Source of the DNA: Elusimicrobiota bacterium
Lineage (GTDB): Bacteria > Elusimicrobiota > Elusimicrobia > Elusimicrobiales > UBA9959
Assembly (NCBI GenBank): GCA_036574205.1
Contig: JAINCQ010000028.1
Span: 103,554-167,553, forward strand
Direction: 5' to 3'
DNA length: 64,000 nucleotides
Of this stretch, positions 22,258 through 32,790 are shown piece by piece. The first letter of the stretch is position 1. Every line of letters begins with the position of its first letter. A program made the position numbers and the translations under genes. The notes under the pieces are model-generated. The model saw only the letters and a list, made by a program, of their open reading frames with translations. It was not told the DNA's origin and made no database searches.

Positions 22258-23924
22258 AAATATTGATTTCGTTAATCCTTTTTTTCCCATCTTTTATTAA
22301 GGCAGATGATCTGGTTATGAAAGCTATGGAAGATGAGCTATTAAGAACAGTTGATAAACTTAAACTTGAAAATTTCCAGAAACCTTATTTTGTAGCTTAT
22401 ACCGTCTATGATTCTTCTTCCTGTGAGATATCAGCATCATTTGGAGATCTGGAAAGTATAAATTATGATTTTTTAAGATTTGGAAAGGTTGATCTAAGAA
22501 TAGGGGCAAAACAGTTTGATAACTCTAATTTCGTTGTTGATTTAAATAAAAACTCTCCTGAGTTTACTTATCTGCCAGTTGAAAACGATTATGACCTTAT
22601 AAGACAATCCTTATGGAGACTTACAGATGATGTTTATAAAAAAAACCTTGAAATATATTCACGGAAAGACGCATATCGTAAAAAGAAGGAGATAAAAGAA
22701 AATTATGGGGATTTAACCGATGAGGCAAAAACTGAATACTATGACAAAGAAATTTTATCTAATTTTAAATGCGCAGAATATAAAGATATTATAAAAAAAG
22801 CATCGGCTATTTTTAGAAAATATTCTGAGATCCAATCTTCAAATGTAAAACTAAATTATGAAAATCTTAAAACTCGATTTGTCAATTCCCAGGGCAGTAA
22901 ATATTCCAAAAACTCCGAAGTTATCTCAGTTATTGTTCAGGCTACAGTTCAGGATAAAGAGGGATATAAAATATATGATTCCAAAAATTTTGTATTTGGA
23001 AATAGTTTAGAAGTTGAAGAAGATATAATAAAGGAGATAGATGATTACGCAAAATCTTTATCTTTGTTGTATAATGCAAACCCTATTGATTATTATATTG
23101 GTCCTGCAATATTTAAAGATGAGGCATCAGCGCAGTTTTTTGACAGAATTTTTGTAAGAAATATATCATTCTATCCTCCACCGGAAACTGAAAATGAAAG
23201 TTGGCTGAAATATTATTACGATATTCCTAAACTCGTAGATAGAATTGGAAAGAGAATTTCTTCTGGCTTTATAAGTGTTTACGACAATCCCTTAATTGAA
23301 AAATGTGGTTCAAAGGCGCTTATCGGTTCAGCCGCAATTGACGATGAAGGAGTTTTGACGGAGAGAATAGATCTTGTAAAAGATGGCTTCCTAAAAAATA
23401 TTTATTCTTCAAGAAAACCAAATAAGTATTCAACCAACTCAAACGGACATGGAAGAGGTTCATATAACATGAATGTTTATCCTTTTCCAAACAATGTTTT
23501 TATTACTTCATCTAAAACAACATCTTACGAGAAAATATTAGAAAAAGCGTTTGATATGGCGCGGGAGCAAAAAACTGATAAAGTAATAGTCTTTGAAAAA
23601 TTACTCTCAGAATATTCAAGCGAGGATATTTTGCCGGGTCCCCTAATAGCTTATTTTATAGATATAAATACTGGAGAAAAAACTTATCTTACGCCTTTAA
23701 AATTTGAAGGGATAAGTTTAAGGGCTTTAAGGGATATAGTTATAACTGAGGATAAAGACTATGTTTATAATTTTTATGAAAAAGGCCCATTTTATAATAG
23801 CGACAGTATTCCGGTTTCAATAATCTGCCCTCGAAGTATTTTAATAAGCGAGATTGAAGTTGTTAAAACTGATATTAAACCTGAAAAAAAACCTTATGTG
23901 CCTCACCCATATTTTGGAAAATAA
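22254..23924 (+). CDS. TldE/PmbA-like non-catalytic partner with signal peptide
   Basis: Paralogous to the upstream gene (IDDEG, SNGHGR) but lacks HExxxH; N-terminus MKILISLILFFPSFIKA; ATGA overlap. Confidence 0.82.
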   Translation: MKILISLILFFPSFIKADDLVMKAMEDELLRTVDKLKLENFQKPYFVAYTVYDSSSCEISASFGDLESINYDFLRFGKVDLRIGAKQFDNSNFVVDLNKNSPEFTYLPVENDYDLIRQSLWRLTDDVYKKNLEIYSRKDAYRKKKEIKENYGDLTDEAKTEYYDKEILSNFKCAEYKDIIKKASAIFRKYSEIQSSNVKLNYENLKTRFVNSQGSKYSKNSEVISVIVQATVQDKEGYKIYDSKNFVFGNSLEVEEDIIKEIDDYAKSLSLLYNANPIDYYIGPAIFKDEASAQFFDRIFVRNISFYPPPETENESWLKYYYDIPKLVDRIGKRISSGFISVYDNPLIEKCGSKALIGSAAIDDEGVLTERIDLVKDGFLKNIYSSRKPNKYSTNSNGHGRGSYNMNVYPFPNNVFITSSKTTSYEKILEKAFDMAREQKTDKVIVFEKLLSEYSSEDILPGPLIAYFIDINTGEKTYLTPLKFEGISLRALRDIVITEDKDYVYNFYEKGPFYNSDSIPVSIICPRSILISEIEVVKTDIKPEKKPYVPHPYFGK

Positions 23925-24019
23925 ATCAGCAAAATCTTGTTAAGGATAATTAATATTAATGTAAATAGATAAATTTTATATTTTATCTAAAATGGTAAAA
24001 TATAAATTAAGGAGAAATT

Positions 24020-25588
24020 ATGAAAAAAGTTTTATTGATAGTTAGAGATGGATGGGGAATAGGAAATCCGAGTGATAAATATAATGCAGTTAAAGCAGCT
24101 AATACCCCTAATATAAATAACTATTTAAAAAATTATCCCAATACTATACTCAAAGCTTCAGGAGAAGCAGTTGGACTTCCAAAAGGATATCAGGGATCAA
24201 GCGAGGTTGGACATCTTAATATGGGAGCTGGTAGAATAGTTGTTCAGGAGCTTAAAAGAATTAAAGATATGATAGAAGATGGAAGTTTCTTTGAGACTGA
24301 GAATCTTAAAAGGGCTTTATTAAATGCGAAGGATCATCGAAAAGCTCTTCATCTAATGGGTCTGGTTCAGGATGAAGGTGTTCATGCTCATCAGGACCAT
24401 ATGTACTCAATAATTGAAAAAGCTATTGAGATGGGGATAAAAAAAATCTGGATCCATTTTTTTGCAGATGGAAGGGATACGCCTCCTAAAAGCGCCCTTG
24501 GCTATATGAAAACATTGCTTAAATTTATAGAAGATAAGCCTGCGGTTAAGATTGCTACTGTAATGGGTCGTTATTATGCAATGGATAGAAATGAAAGCTG
24601 GAATCTGACCGATATGGCTTATAATGCCATATCCTTTGCAAAAGGATTAAAGTTTAAAGATGGAATAGAGGTTTTTGAACGCGCTTATTCAAGTATGAAA
24701 CAACCAAACGGTGAGGATATAACAGATGAGTATATACCACCTTCGATTATTGAGGGGTATAATGGAATTGAAGAAGGGGATAGTGTAATACATTTTAATT
24801 TCAGACAGGACAGAGCTATACAGCTTACAAAAGCTTTTGTTGAAGATTCATATCCGGGTAAAAGAGATAAAAAATTGAATATAATTTACTGCGGACTTAC
24901 AAGGTATTATGATTCTTTTAAGTACTCAGCTTTACCTCCTATGAATGAGTCTGGAAATATGAATAATCTTCTTGGAGAGGTTATATCAAATGCTGGATTA
25001 AAGCAATTAAGGCTTTCTGAAACTCAGAAGTTTAGACATGTGACATCTTTTTTTAATGGTAAGAGAATTGAGCCATATAAAAATGAGGAAAGGATAGAGA
25101 TAAAGGGGAGGTTTGACCCATCAAGCTTTGCCGAGCATCCTGAGATGGAAGCTTATAGAGTAGCTGAGGTAGGAGAAAAAGAGATTATAAGCGGAAAATA
25201 TGATTTTATACTTATAAATTTTGCAAACTGCGATATGGTTGGTCATACCGGGAATTTTGAAGCTGCAAAAAAAGCTGTTGAGGTGGTAGATGAATGTGTT
25301 GGGAAGGTTGTTAATGCAGCTCTAAAAAAGGATTATATTATTATGATTACATCAGACCATGGCAATGTTGAGGAGATGTGGGATTATAAAATAAATATGC
25401 CAAAAACCGCTCATACGACAAATCCTGTTGAGTTCATATTGATTGGAAACAATGTTAAAGATATAAAACTAAAAGGAACAGGAATACTTTCTGATATTGC
25501 GCCTACGATACTTTATTTTCTTGGCATAAAAAAGCCGGTTGAGATGACATCTGAAAGCCTTATTGTAAGCGTTGCCGGAAAAACCTGA
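24020..25588 (+). CDS. gpmI: 2,3-bisphosphoglycerate-independent phosphoglycerate mutase
   Basis: DGWG, GSSEVGH, DGRDT, GRYYAMDR, NCDMVGHTG, SDHGN. Confidence 0.98.
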   Translation: MKKVLLIVRDGWGIGNPSDKYNAVKAANTPNINNYLKNYPNTILKASGEAVGLPKGYQGSSEVGHLNMGAGRIVVQELKRIKDMIEDGSFFETENLKRALLNAKDHRKALHLMGLVQDEGVHAHQDHMYSIIEKAIEMGIKKIWIHFFADGRDTPPKSALGYMKTLLKFIEDKPAVKIATVMGRYYAMDRNESWNLTDMAYNAISFAKGLKFKDGIEVFERAYSSMKQPNGEDITDEYIPPSIIEGYNGIEEGDSVIHFNFRQDRAIQLTKAFVEDSYPGKRDKKLNIIYCGLTRYYDSFKYSALPPMNESGNMNNLLGEVISNAGLKQLRLSETQKFRHVTSFFNGKRIEPYKNEERIEIKGRFDPSSFAEHPEMEAYRVAEVGEKEIISGKYDFILINFANCDMVGHTGNFEAAKKAVEVVDECVGKVVNAALKKDYIIMITSDHGNVEEMWDYKINMPKTAHTTNPVEFILIGNNVKDIKLKGTGILSDIAPTILYFLGIKKPVEMTSESLIVSVAGKT

Positions 25589-25627
25589 TAGGTTAAAGTT
25601 AAGATATTTATAGCTAAAAATTTGTTT

Positions 25628-25855
25628 ATGGAAAAGCTTTTGAAAGTGAAAGTGAAACCTGATTCAAAAAGAAATCATATAGAAAAGATAAAAGATGATG
25701 AGTTTGTTATTGAGACAAAAGCAGCTGCTGAGGGTGGAAAAGCTAACAAAAACGTAATATTAATTTTAGCGGATTATTTTAAAACTCCTCCTTCAAAAGT
25801 AATTATCATAAAGGGACAAAAATCTCATTCAAAAATAATAAAAATATATAGTTAA
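25628..25855 (+). CDS. DUF167/UPF0235 (YggU-like) protein
   Basis: VKVKP...EGGKAN...IIKGQKSHSK pattern. Confidence 0.85.
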   Translation: MEKLLKVKVKPDSKRNHIEKIKDDEFVIETKAAAEGGKANKNVILILADYFKTPPSKVIIIKGQKSHSKIIKIYS

Positions 25856-25957
25856 TCAAAAAGAAAACTTTTCTTTGTAATTTCCAGCCAATATAATTTT
25901 GGATCAGGTATTTTTATATGTTGTTTTTCATAGTTATTCATTTTATATAATATTTAT

Positions 25958-26587
25958 ATGACAAGATTAATGGGCATAAAAATCATTGCCGCTTTTATAA
26001 TGATTTTTGTATCAACATCAATTATTTTTATTATGACAGAAACCGGAAAGAATATCTCAGACATTGAACCTTCTCCTTCTTATAGACAGGAAGGGAACCC
26101 CAAAGCTAAAATAATTATAATAGAATATTCAGATTTTGCATGTCCGGCTTGCGCTAACGCTTATATTTATCTTAAAAACCTTATAAAATATTTTGGAAAT
26201 GATTTTGTCGTTAACTTTAAACATTTTCCGCTTATGACTATACATCCGTATTCTTTTCAGGCAGCTGTATGGGCTGAGTGCGCTGGAAAAGAGTATGGTA
26301 AGTTCTGGGAGTTTTCAGATGTTCTTATAAAAAATAGAATGGAATGGTCAAATAACAGGGATTTTAGTGCCCTTTTTTCAAAGTATGCAAAAGAAATCGG
26401 GATTAATCCTGATTTAATGAAAAAATGTGTTTCTGAGTCAAATGCTATAGAGATTGTAAAAAAGGATATTGAAAAAGCTGATAAGCTGAAATTAGACTCA
26501 ACCCCAACTTTTTTTGTCAACGGTAAAATTGCAGTTGGTTTAATGGAATTAATAGAGTTGATAAAAAAGGAAAAAAATGAGTTTTAA
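25958..26587 (+). CDS. DsbA/BdbD-like thioredoxin-fold protein
   Basis: EYSDFACPAC CxxC, FKHFPL, cis-Pro STPTFFVNG; N-terminal anchor. Confidence 0.92.
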   Translation: MTRLMGIKIIAAFIMIFVSTSIIFIMTETGKNISDIEPSPSYRQEGNPKAKIIIIEYSDFACPACANAYIYLKNLIKYFGNDFVVNFKHFPLMTIHPYSFQAAVWAECAGKEYGKFWEFSDVLIKNRMEWSNNRDFSALFSKYAKEIGINPDLMKKCVSESNAIEIVKKDIEKADKLKLDSTPTFFVNGKIAVGLMELIELIKKEKNEF

Positions 26588-27056
26588 TAAAAGAAGAGAA
26601 CTTGTTTCCTTGCTTATGAGAGTTATGGTTGGTTTCATCCTCATTTACTCAGGTTATACTAAGATATCAGAACCATTTGAGAATTTTTATCTGGCTATTT
26701 TAAGCTATAAGGTTGTTGGTGAACGAATTGCTTATATTACGGCAAAAACACTTCCCTGGATTGAGGTTTATCTTGGAGTTTTTCTTGTTTTTGGTCTTTT
26801 CTTGAAAGAGGTTGCTATGGCATGTTTTTCGTTATTTGCGGTGTTTGAATTGCTTTTGCTTCAAGCAATTATAAGAAAGTTAGAGATAGCAAGCTGCGGG
26901 TGTTTTGGAAGCTCTCATTCAAATCCAATAGGTGTTGAATTTGCATTAAATGTTATATGGCTTTTTTTTCTTTATATGTCTTTTAAATTTTCAAAAAAGT
27001 TTTCTTTGGATTTTTTACTGGAAAATAAATTTGGCGGAAATGAAAAAAATCAATAA
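26577..27056 (+). CDS. MauE/DoxX-family redox-associated membrane protein
   Basis: TM helices, LPWIE and SCGCFG motifs; coupled to the DsbA-like gene. Confidence 0.85.
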   Translation: MSFNKRRELVSLLMRVMVGFILIYSGYTKISEPFENFYLAILSYKVVGERIAYITAKTLPWIEVYLGVFLVFGLFLKEVAMACFSLFAVFELLLLQAIIRKLEIASCGCFGSSHSNPIGVEFALNVIWLFFLYMSFKFSKKFSLDFLLENKFGGNEKNQ

Positions 27057-27795
27057 TTATATCCTTATAATTGTTTTTTTAGGGGGAATAATTTTTTCCG
27101 CTTTTACTTTAAAAGGTTATTTACAAGAAGAAAACAAAGATACAATCTGGGTTTACTTTTCAAATCCTGATAAGAAAGTAGATTATTATATAGAGGTAAA
27201 CTTAGATGGGGATGTAATTTTAAAATATAAAGAGGGAAAGAAAACTGTTATAAGGGAAGGGACGATAAAAAAAATGTATGCGAAAGATTTTTTCAGAGAG
27301 ACGAAAAACTCCGATTTGCTTAATTATTCAAGAAATATTGATCTTACCAAAATGATTTTTTATAAAGGTGATTTGATTAAAATTTCAGCCAATATACAGG
27401 GAGAAATAAGACGTGTTATATCTCCATTTGACAGATTTTCAGAAACTTTTAGATATGCCTTCAAACAGGTTTATCTGGAATCTATAAAACTTCCGGTTTC
27501 AGATAAATATGTGTCTTTTTTATATGCCGCTCCGCTTGAAGGAGAGATTTACACTGCTTATCTAAAGAAAGTTCCATCAAATTATAAAATCCCAATAATA
27601 GAAACAAAGGATTTAAAAACGAACAAATATATCTTCAAGGCGATAAATAACCCCTGGCGGATAATTCCTATACCATCAAAAAAGGAAGAGGGTACTATCG
27701 TTGAATTTATGTCTGTGAAAAATCTTTATGGGGTTAAATCCTCTTTTTATATAGGCACTACAAGAGGAAATTATCAGCTTTCAATAACCGAGTAA
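27040..27795 (+). CDS. Hypothetical membrane-anchored protein
   Basis: ATG 27040 (MKKINNYILIIVFLGG...) overlaps the end of the DoxX gene; no recognised family. Confidence 0.7.
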   Translation: MKKINNYILIIVFLGGIIFSAFTLKGYLQEENKDTIWVYFSNPDKKVDYYIEVNLDGDVILKYKEGKKTVIREGTIKKMYAKDFFRETKNSDLLNYSRNIDLTKMIFYKGDLIKISANIQGEIRRVISPFDRFSETFRYAFKQVYLESIKLPVSDKYVSFLYAAPLEGEIYTAYLKKVPSNYKIPIIETKDLKTNKYIFKAINNPWRIIPIPSKKEEGTIVEFMSVKNLYGVKSSFYIGTTRGNYQLSITE

Positions 27796-27800
27796 TTTTA

Positions 27801-28664
27801 TTATTCCTTATAAAACCAGATTATGTCAGCATATTTTGAGATCTCTTTCATTTTTTGAGTGTTAGATTTTAAAGCATCTGACTCAGTATATATGCTTAAA
27901 TGCTTAAACCCCTTTATTCTTCTCTTAACTGACCATGGTATTGCTGCGTTATACATAATATGCCCATTTCCTGCAATCACTACAAAAGAATACTCATTAT
28001 TGTTTTTTAGAAATTCGTTTACTTTTTCTCCCATGCTTTCATTCCAGACAGCCATTGAGAGTCTATAATTTTCAAAACTCATAATTTTATTCATTGGATT
28101 TTCACCATGTCCACTAAATGTTTGTAAAAGATAATCATTATATTTTTTATCGTTAACAACTTTTATCTCTTTTGCTATCAAATTTTTTTCATCTTCGCTT
28201 AATACTTCAAGCCCACCTCTTGCTATTTTTGAAACTATTTTTCTTGGAACATTTAAAGCAATGGCTTTTAATTTTTTTTCTTTTATAAAGTCAAATATCG
28301 GCTTATATAGATTATAATCAAAACCCCACTCCTTTTTCCAGTCTATCTTTGTTAAAAATTCCTCTTCAGTTAAATTTCCGCTAATATATTCATCAAGTAT
28401 ATTTTGAAGTGTAGAATTTAGCATTTCAAAGCCAACAGCTATTTTATTCCCTTTTTTTTCAAATATTTTTTTTATCACTTCAAGTTGTATTTCATGTGAT
28501 CCTTTTTTGTCATGCTGTTCTCCAACATATACTATATCGGATTTTTGTATCAGGCTATTTAATTCTTGTTCAGTTATGGGCTTATTCTTTCTATAATAGA
28601 TGCTCATATCTGTATCTGCTGCTAAAAAAAATATTGATAATAAAAGTAATAATGATTTTTTCAT
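27801..28664 (-). CDS. ChaN-family (heme-uptake/EreA-like) exported protein
   Basis: VYVGEQHD, VGFEM, WGFDYNLYKPIF, IAGNGH; signal peptide. Confidence 0.85.
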   Translation of the reverse strand: MKKSLLLLLSIFFLAADTDMSIYYRKNKPITEQELNSLIQKSDIVYVGEQHDKKGSHEIQLEVIKKIFEKKGNKIAVGFEMLNSTLQNILDEYISGNLTEEEFLTKIDWKKEWGFDYNLYKPIFDFIKEKKLKAIALNVPRKIVSKIARGGLEVLSEDEKNLIAKEIKVVNDKKYNDYLLQTFSGHGENPMNKIMSFENYRLSMAVWNESMGEKVNEFLKNNNEYSFVVIAGNGHIMYNAAIPWSVKRRIKGFKHLSIYTESDALKSNTQKMKEISKYADIIWFYKE

Positions 28665-28676
28665 AATTAAATTCTA

Positions 28677-29906
28677 TCATTTTTTTTTAAATTTCTTAAT
28701 AAACCTTTTTATTATTTTTATTATCTGATTTTTAGAAAGAAATGAATTTTCACAGTAAACTTTAATTTTTTTAGGGTTAAATTTAAAAGATATTGGGTTT
28801 TTGAAAAAATCGTAATTAAATTTAAGCCTGTATTTTTTGGGATTTTCATACTGTGGTGTTGATGGATATGGGGTATTTGGAGTTACGTCTATATCGTCCG
28901 GAGGGTTTTCCTCAAGCCATTTTTCAGTCATTTTTTCATCATCTATTGTAGAACCGGGGAGCCCTACTACTATGAATGCTTTAAATCTTATACCATATTT
29001 TTTTGCAAGTTTATAAGCGTTTGTGTTTATCTCAACAGTTGTTTTTTTATTTGCAATATCCAGAACCTTAGTGCTTGCCGACTCAACCCCTACTGTTATC
29101 TCGTAGCAACCAGCCCTTTTAAATGCTTTCATCAAATCATCATCTAAAAGGTTTGCTCTCATTGGAGCTCTCCATATATAATTTCTTTTAGTTAGAAGTT
29201 CACAAAGCGCCAATGAATAATTTTTATCAATATTAAACTCATCATCATAAAACATAAAAGCTTCATATCCATATTTTTTATTTAAAAAATCCATTTCTTC
29301 AATAACATTCTCAGGTTTTCTAAATCTGAGTGTTGTGTAATATTTATTATTTCTTCCACAACAGAATACGCAGCGGTAAGGGCATCCAAGATGAGAAATT
29401 ATATTTGCTGCAAGTTTTCCATTTATAAAATATTTATATTTATTAAGATTTATAAGGTGTCTTGCTGGTAAGGGGATATTGTTTAAATCGGTGAGGTTTT
29501 CCTGTATTATATATTTTTTTACGCCATTTATGGCATCAAATATGGCTTCAAAACCCTCTCCTGAAATAACTCTGTCAAACATATGAAGAGAATGCGGCAA
29601 TATTGTCGCATGATGTCCGCCTATCAGTGTTAAGATTTTGGGAGATATTTTTTTAGTGGCTTGAAAAAGTTTGATTACAAAAGGCATATCAGGGGTAGTT
29701 GCTGTAAATCCTATAATATCAGGTTTATATTTTTTAATAAAATCAATATATCTTGAGTAATATCTTTTTTCACCAGTTAAATCACATACAAGCGGTTTAT
29801 ACCCTTTTTTTTCAAGTGATGATGCGACATATAATATTCCCAGAGTTGGAAATGCTGTATCTTCTGTCATATAAGGTGATGGAGGTATTACAAGCGCTAT
29901 TTTCAT
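28677..29906 (-). CDS. B12-binding-domain radical SAM protein
   Basis: PTLGILYVAS...IGGHHAT cobalamin-binding domain; GCPYRCVFC CxxxCxxC; FYDDEF, GVES, VGLPG. Confidence 0.92.
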   Translation of the reverse strand: MKIALVIPPSPYMTEDTAFPTLGILYVASSLEKKGYKPLVCDLTGEKRYYSRYIDFIKKYKPDIIGFTATTPDMPFVIKLFQATKKISPKILTLIGGHHATILPHSLHMFDRVISGEGFEAIFDAINGVKKYIIQENLTDLNNIPLPARHLINLNKYKYFINGKLAANIISHLGCPYRCVFCCGRNNKYYTTLRFRKPENVIEEMDFLNKKYGYEAFMFYDDEFNIDKNYSLALCELLTKRNYIWRAPMRANLLDDDLMKAFKRAGCYEITVGVESASTKVLDIANKKTTVEINTNAYKLAKKYGIRFKAFIVVGLPGSTIDDEKMTEKWLEENPPDDIDVTPNTPYPSTPQYENPKKYRLKFNYDFFKNPISFKFNPKKIKVYCENSFLSKNQIIKIIKRFIKKFKKK

Positions 29907-30899
29907 TTTGTATTTTGAGATAGCAGTTTCTGAGCGAATTTATCCAGTGAGGCTTTTTCAGTGATAGTTTTTCTTGCCAGCATACCGATTGAAGGAAGAT
30001 CTTCTCTTTTTTTTATTATCTCTGATATTTTTAATTTAAGCTCTGAGATTTCATTATATAAAAAACCATTTACTCCATCCTTTATATACTCTTCCATATA
30101 TTTTGTTTTTCTTATTAATACAGGTTTTCCCATAGCCATAGAGATAAAAGCAATAGCCATTCCCGCTGTTTCATTCATTTCAGTATCTGAAATTGGGATG
30201 ACAGAAAAGTCGGATTTTGATATTATTTCTTTAATGTTAAAGAGATTTTTGTTAAGCTTCAAAATCTTTGTATTTTTATTTTCTTTTACTGATGAGTTTG
30301 TAAGTATTATTATTTCAGCTCTGTTATCGACGGCTTTTATCAGTTTTTCAAAATCCCTTCCTTTTAAACCACCAGAGAAAATAGTTATTTTTTCATTAGT
30401 AGTTTTTTTTGTTATAGGTGTGTAATACTCAGTGTCTATATGATAATTTCTTTTTATTACCTTTTTAATTTTCGGGGGCCAATTTTTAGGGTCTTCAAAT
30501 TTAAATATATAGATTTTTTCAAATAATGCAAAAAAAGATGAGTTTGATACTCTATCGTAAAATGAAGAATGCCCCTTTTCTGGAATAAGATGATTTATTA
30601 TCATTATTTTTCTTGATTTTATTGTTTTTATAAGCTTGATATATTCTATGGCAGAGGCGTTATTTTTCCATGGGAAGTCTATTGATATAAGGATATCAGC
30701 CTGTGGGATTTCTTTTATTTTGGAAAAATGCGTCCTGTATGAATTTGGATTTATAACTGTTGAAAGGGATGAATAATCGGTTGTAAAATTATGTATCGCA
30801 AAAAAATTGATTTTTTTTCTTTAATGATTGTCTTAATAAAGCCTGTTCAAGATGATAGTTTTCCGGTGATTCGTTAAAATTTAAAGTTAATATGTTCAT
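29903..30899 (-). pseudogene. GT4-like glycosyltransferase split by a +1 frameshift in a homopolymer (about 331 aa if repaired)
   Basis: C-terminal SMAMGKPV...EYIKDGVNGFL GT-B motif. ATG 30899 reads MNILTLNF...KKKNQFFCDT*; removing one base in the A8/T7 tracts (30800-30818) joins it to ORF 29903-30604. Confidence 0.72.
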
Positions 30900-30922
30900 T
30901 ATTAGTATTATATAATTTTAGT

Positions 30923-31579
30923 ATGAAAGTTTTAAAAAGATTTTTAAGAAGCAAAATTTTTTTAATCGCCGAATGTAGCATTATTAAATTCATTTCAAAA
31001 ACAGTAAAAATAAAATGCATAAATCGGGAGGTTGTTGAGGATTGTTTGAAAAAAGGCAAGAAAATAGCCTTTGCTTTCTGGCATGGTAGACACTTTTTGC
31101 TTATTGATTGGCATAGAAATTTTAATATAGTTTTAATGATAAGTCTCTCAAAGGATGGGGATTTGCAAACCTGTATATTAGAAAGGTTTGGGTATAAATG
31201 CATCAGAGGTTCCAGCGCAAAAGGGGGGGTTGCGGCATTAAAAGGGATTGTAAGGATGATGAATAAGAATAACTATAATACCGCAATAGCTGTTGATGGT
31301 CCAAGGGGGCCTTTGTATGAGCCAAAAGAGGGAATAGTTTTAATAGCAAGGCTAACCTCTTCCGTTATAATTCCAGTTGCCACATCTGCAAAGCCAGCCA
31401 AAATTTTTGAAAAAGCGTGGGATAAATACCTTTTACCTTTTCCTTTTTCAAAAGCGGCTATTGTATATGGAAATCCTATTTTTGTTTCAAAAGATGATGA
31501 TATCTCTTTAAAAGCCGTTGAGATAAAGAAGGAGCTTGATAGAATAACTGAATTAGCTGATAATCTGTGTGGCAGATAG
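30923..31579 (+). CDS. DUF374 lysophospholipid acyltransferase-family protein (LpxJ-like)
   Basis: FWHG, SLSKDG, RGSS, VDGPRGP, WDKYLLPFPF motifs. Confidence 0.88.
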   Translation: MKVLKRFLRSKIFLIAECSIIKFISKTVKIKCINREVVEDCLKKGKKIAFAFWHGRHFLLIDWHRNFNIVLMISLSKDGDLQTCILERFGYKCIRGSSAKGGVAALKGIVRMMNKNNYNTAIAVDGPRGPLYEPKEGIVLIARLTSSVIIPVATSAKPAKIFEKAWDKYLLPFPFSKAAIVYGNPIFVSKDDDISLKAVEIKKELDRITELADNLCGR

Positions 31580-31706
31580 ATAGATTTTTTGTATAATCTT
31601 TATATGAAGATTGATATGGAGTGAATAATAAAAAAATCTTTAATTTTAGTAACGACAAAAAAGTGTCGCTTTTTTGTTGTAAAATATAAAAAACGAGGAG
31701 GCTTTT

Positions 31707-32771
31707 ATGGCTAAAGAAGATAAAAAACATGCCCTTGAAGCTGCTTTAAGCCAGATTGAAAAATCTTTTGGTAAAGAAGCTATAATGAGGCTTGGTGAAA
31801 AATCGGCAAAAATAAAAATTTCAGCAATCCCAACAGGCGCTCTATCATTGGATCTTGCACTTGGAGTTGGAGGATTGCCTCGCGGAAGGATTATAGAGAT
31901 TTTTGGCCCTGAGGCTGGAGGCAAAACTACTTTAACGCTTCATATAATAGCCAGAGCTCAAAAAGATGGAGGTGTTGCCGCTTTTATAGACGCTGAACAT
32001 GCGCTTGATCCGTTTTACGCAAAGAAAATAGGTGTTGATATAGATAATCTCTTAATATCCCAGCCTGATTCAGGGGAAGAAGCGCTTGAAATAGCTGAAA
32101 AGCTTGTACGCTCCGGCGCTGTGGATGTGATAGTGATAGATTCTGTTGCCGCGCTTGTGCCAAAAGCTGAGATTGAAGGAGAGATGGGTGATCAGCATGT
32201 GGGACTACAGGCAAGGCTTATGTCTCAGGCTTTAAGAAAACTTACAGCCATTGCTGCCAGCACAAAGACCGCCATAATATTCATAAACCAGATAAGGCAT
32301 AAGATAGGAGTTATGTTTGGCAACCCCGAGACTACTCCGGGTGGACTTGCTCTAAAGTTTTATGCTTCTGTCAGGCTTGATATAAGAAAAATTGAGAATA
32401 TAAAACATGGTGATATGGTTACGGGCGCAAAAATAAGAGTGAAGGTTGTTAAAAACAAAGTCGCTCCGCCATATAGAATTGCAGAGTTTGAGATGATTAA
32501 TGGAGAAGGTATATCCAGGGAAGGATGTCTTTTAGATATGGGGGTTGAAAGCGGGGTCCTTGATAAAACTGGGACATGGTTTGAGTTTAAGGGACAGAGG
32601 CTTGGACAGGGAAGGGATAATGCCAAGGAATTTCTGAAATCAAATCCTCAGATAGCGGATGAGATTGAAAAAATTTTAAGAGAGAAGTTTTTAAATGAAG
32701 GGGCAAGAACTGAGGAAAAAGTTGATGAGACTAAAGAAACTGTAAAAGAGGAAAAAAAGAAATCCAGATAG
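31707..32771 (+). CDS. recA: Recombinase A
   Basis: [44 protein letters not shown]. Confidence 0.99.
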   Translation: MAKEDKKHALEAALSQIEKSFGKEAIMRLGEKSAKIKISAIPTGALSLDLALGVGGLPRGRIIEIFGPEAGGKTTLTLHIIARAQKDGGVAAFIDAEHALDPFYAKKIGVDIDNLLISQPDSGEEALEIAEKLVRSGAVDVIVIDSVAALVPKAEIEGEMGDQHVGLQARLMSQALRKLTAIAASTKTAIIFINQIRHKIGVMFGNPETTPGGLALKFYASVRLDIRKIENIKHGDMVTGAKIRVKVVKNKVAPPYRIAEFEMINGEGISREGCLLDMGVESGVLDKTGTWFEFKGQRLGQGRDNAKEFLKSNPQIADEIEKILREKFLNEGARTEEKVDETKETVKEEKKKSR

Positions 32772-32790
32772 CTGCTGATTTTTAAGGTTT

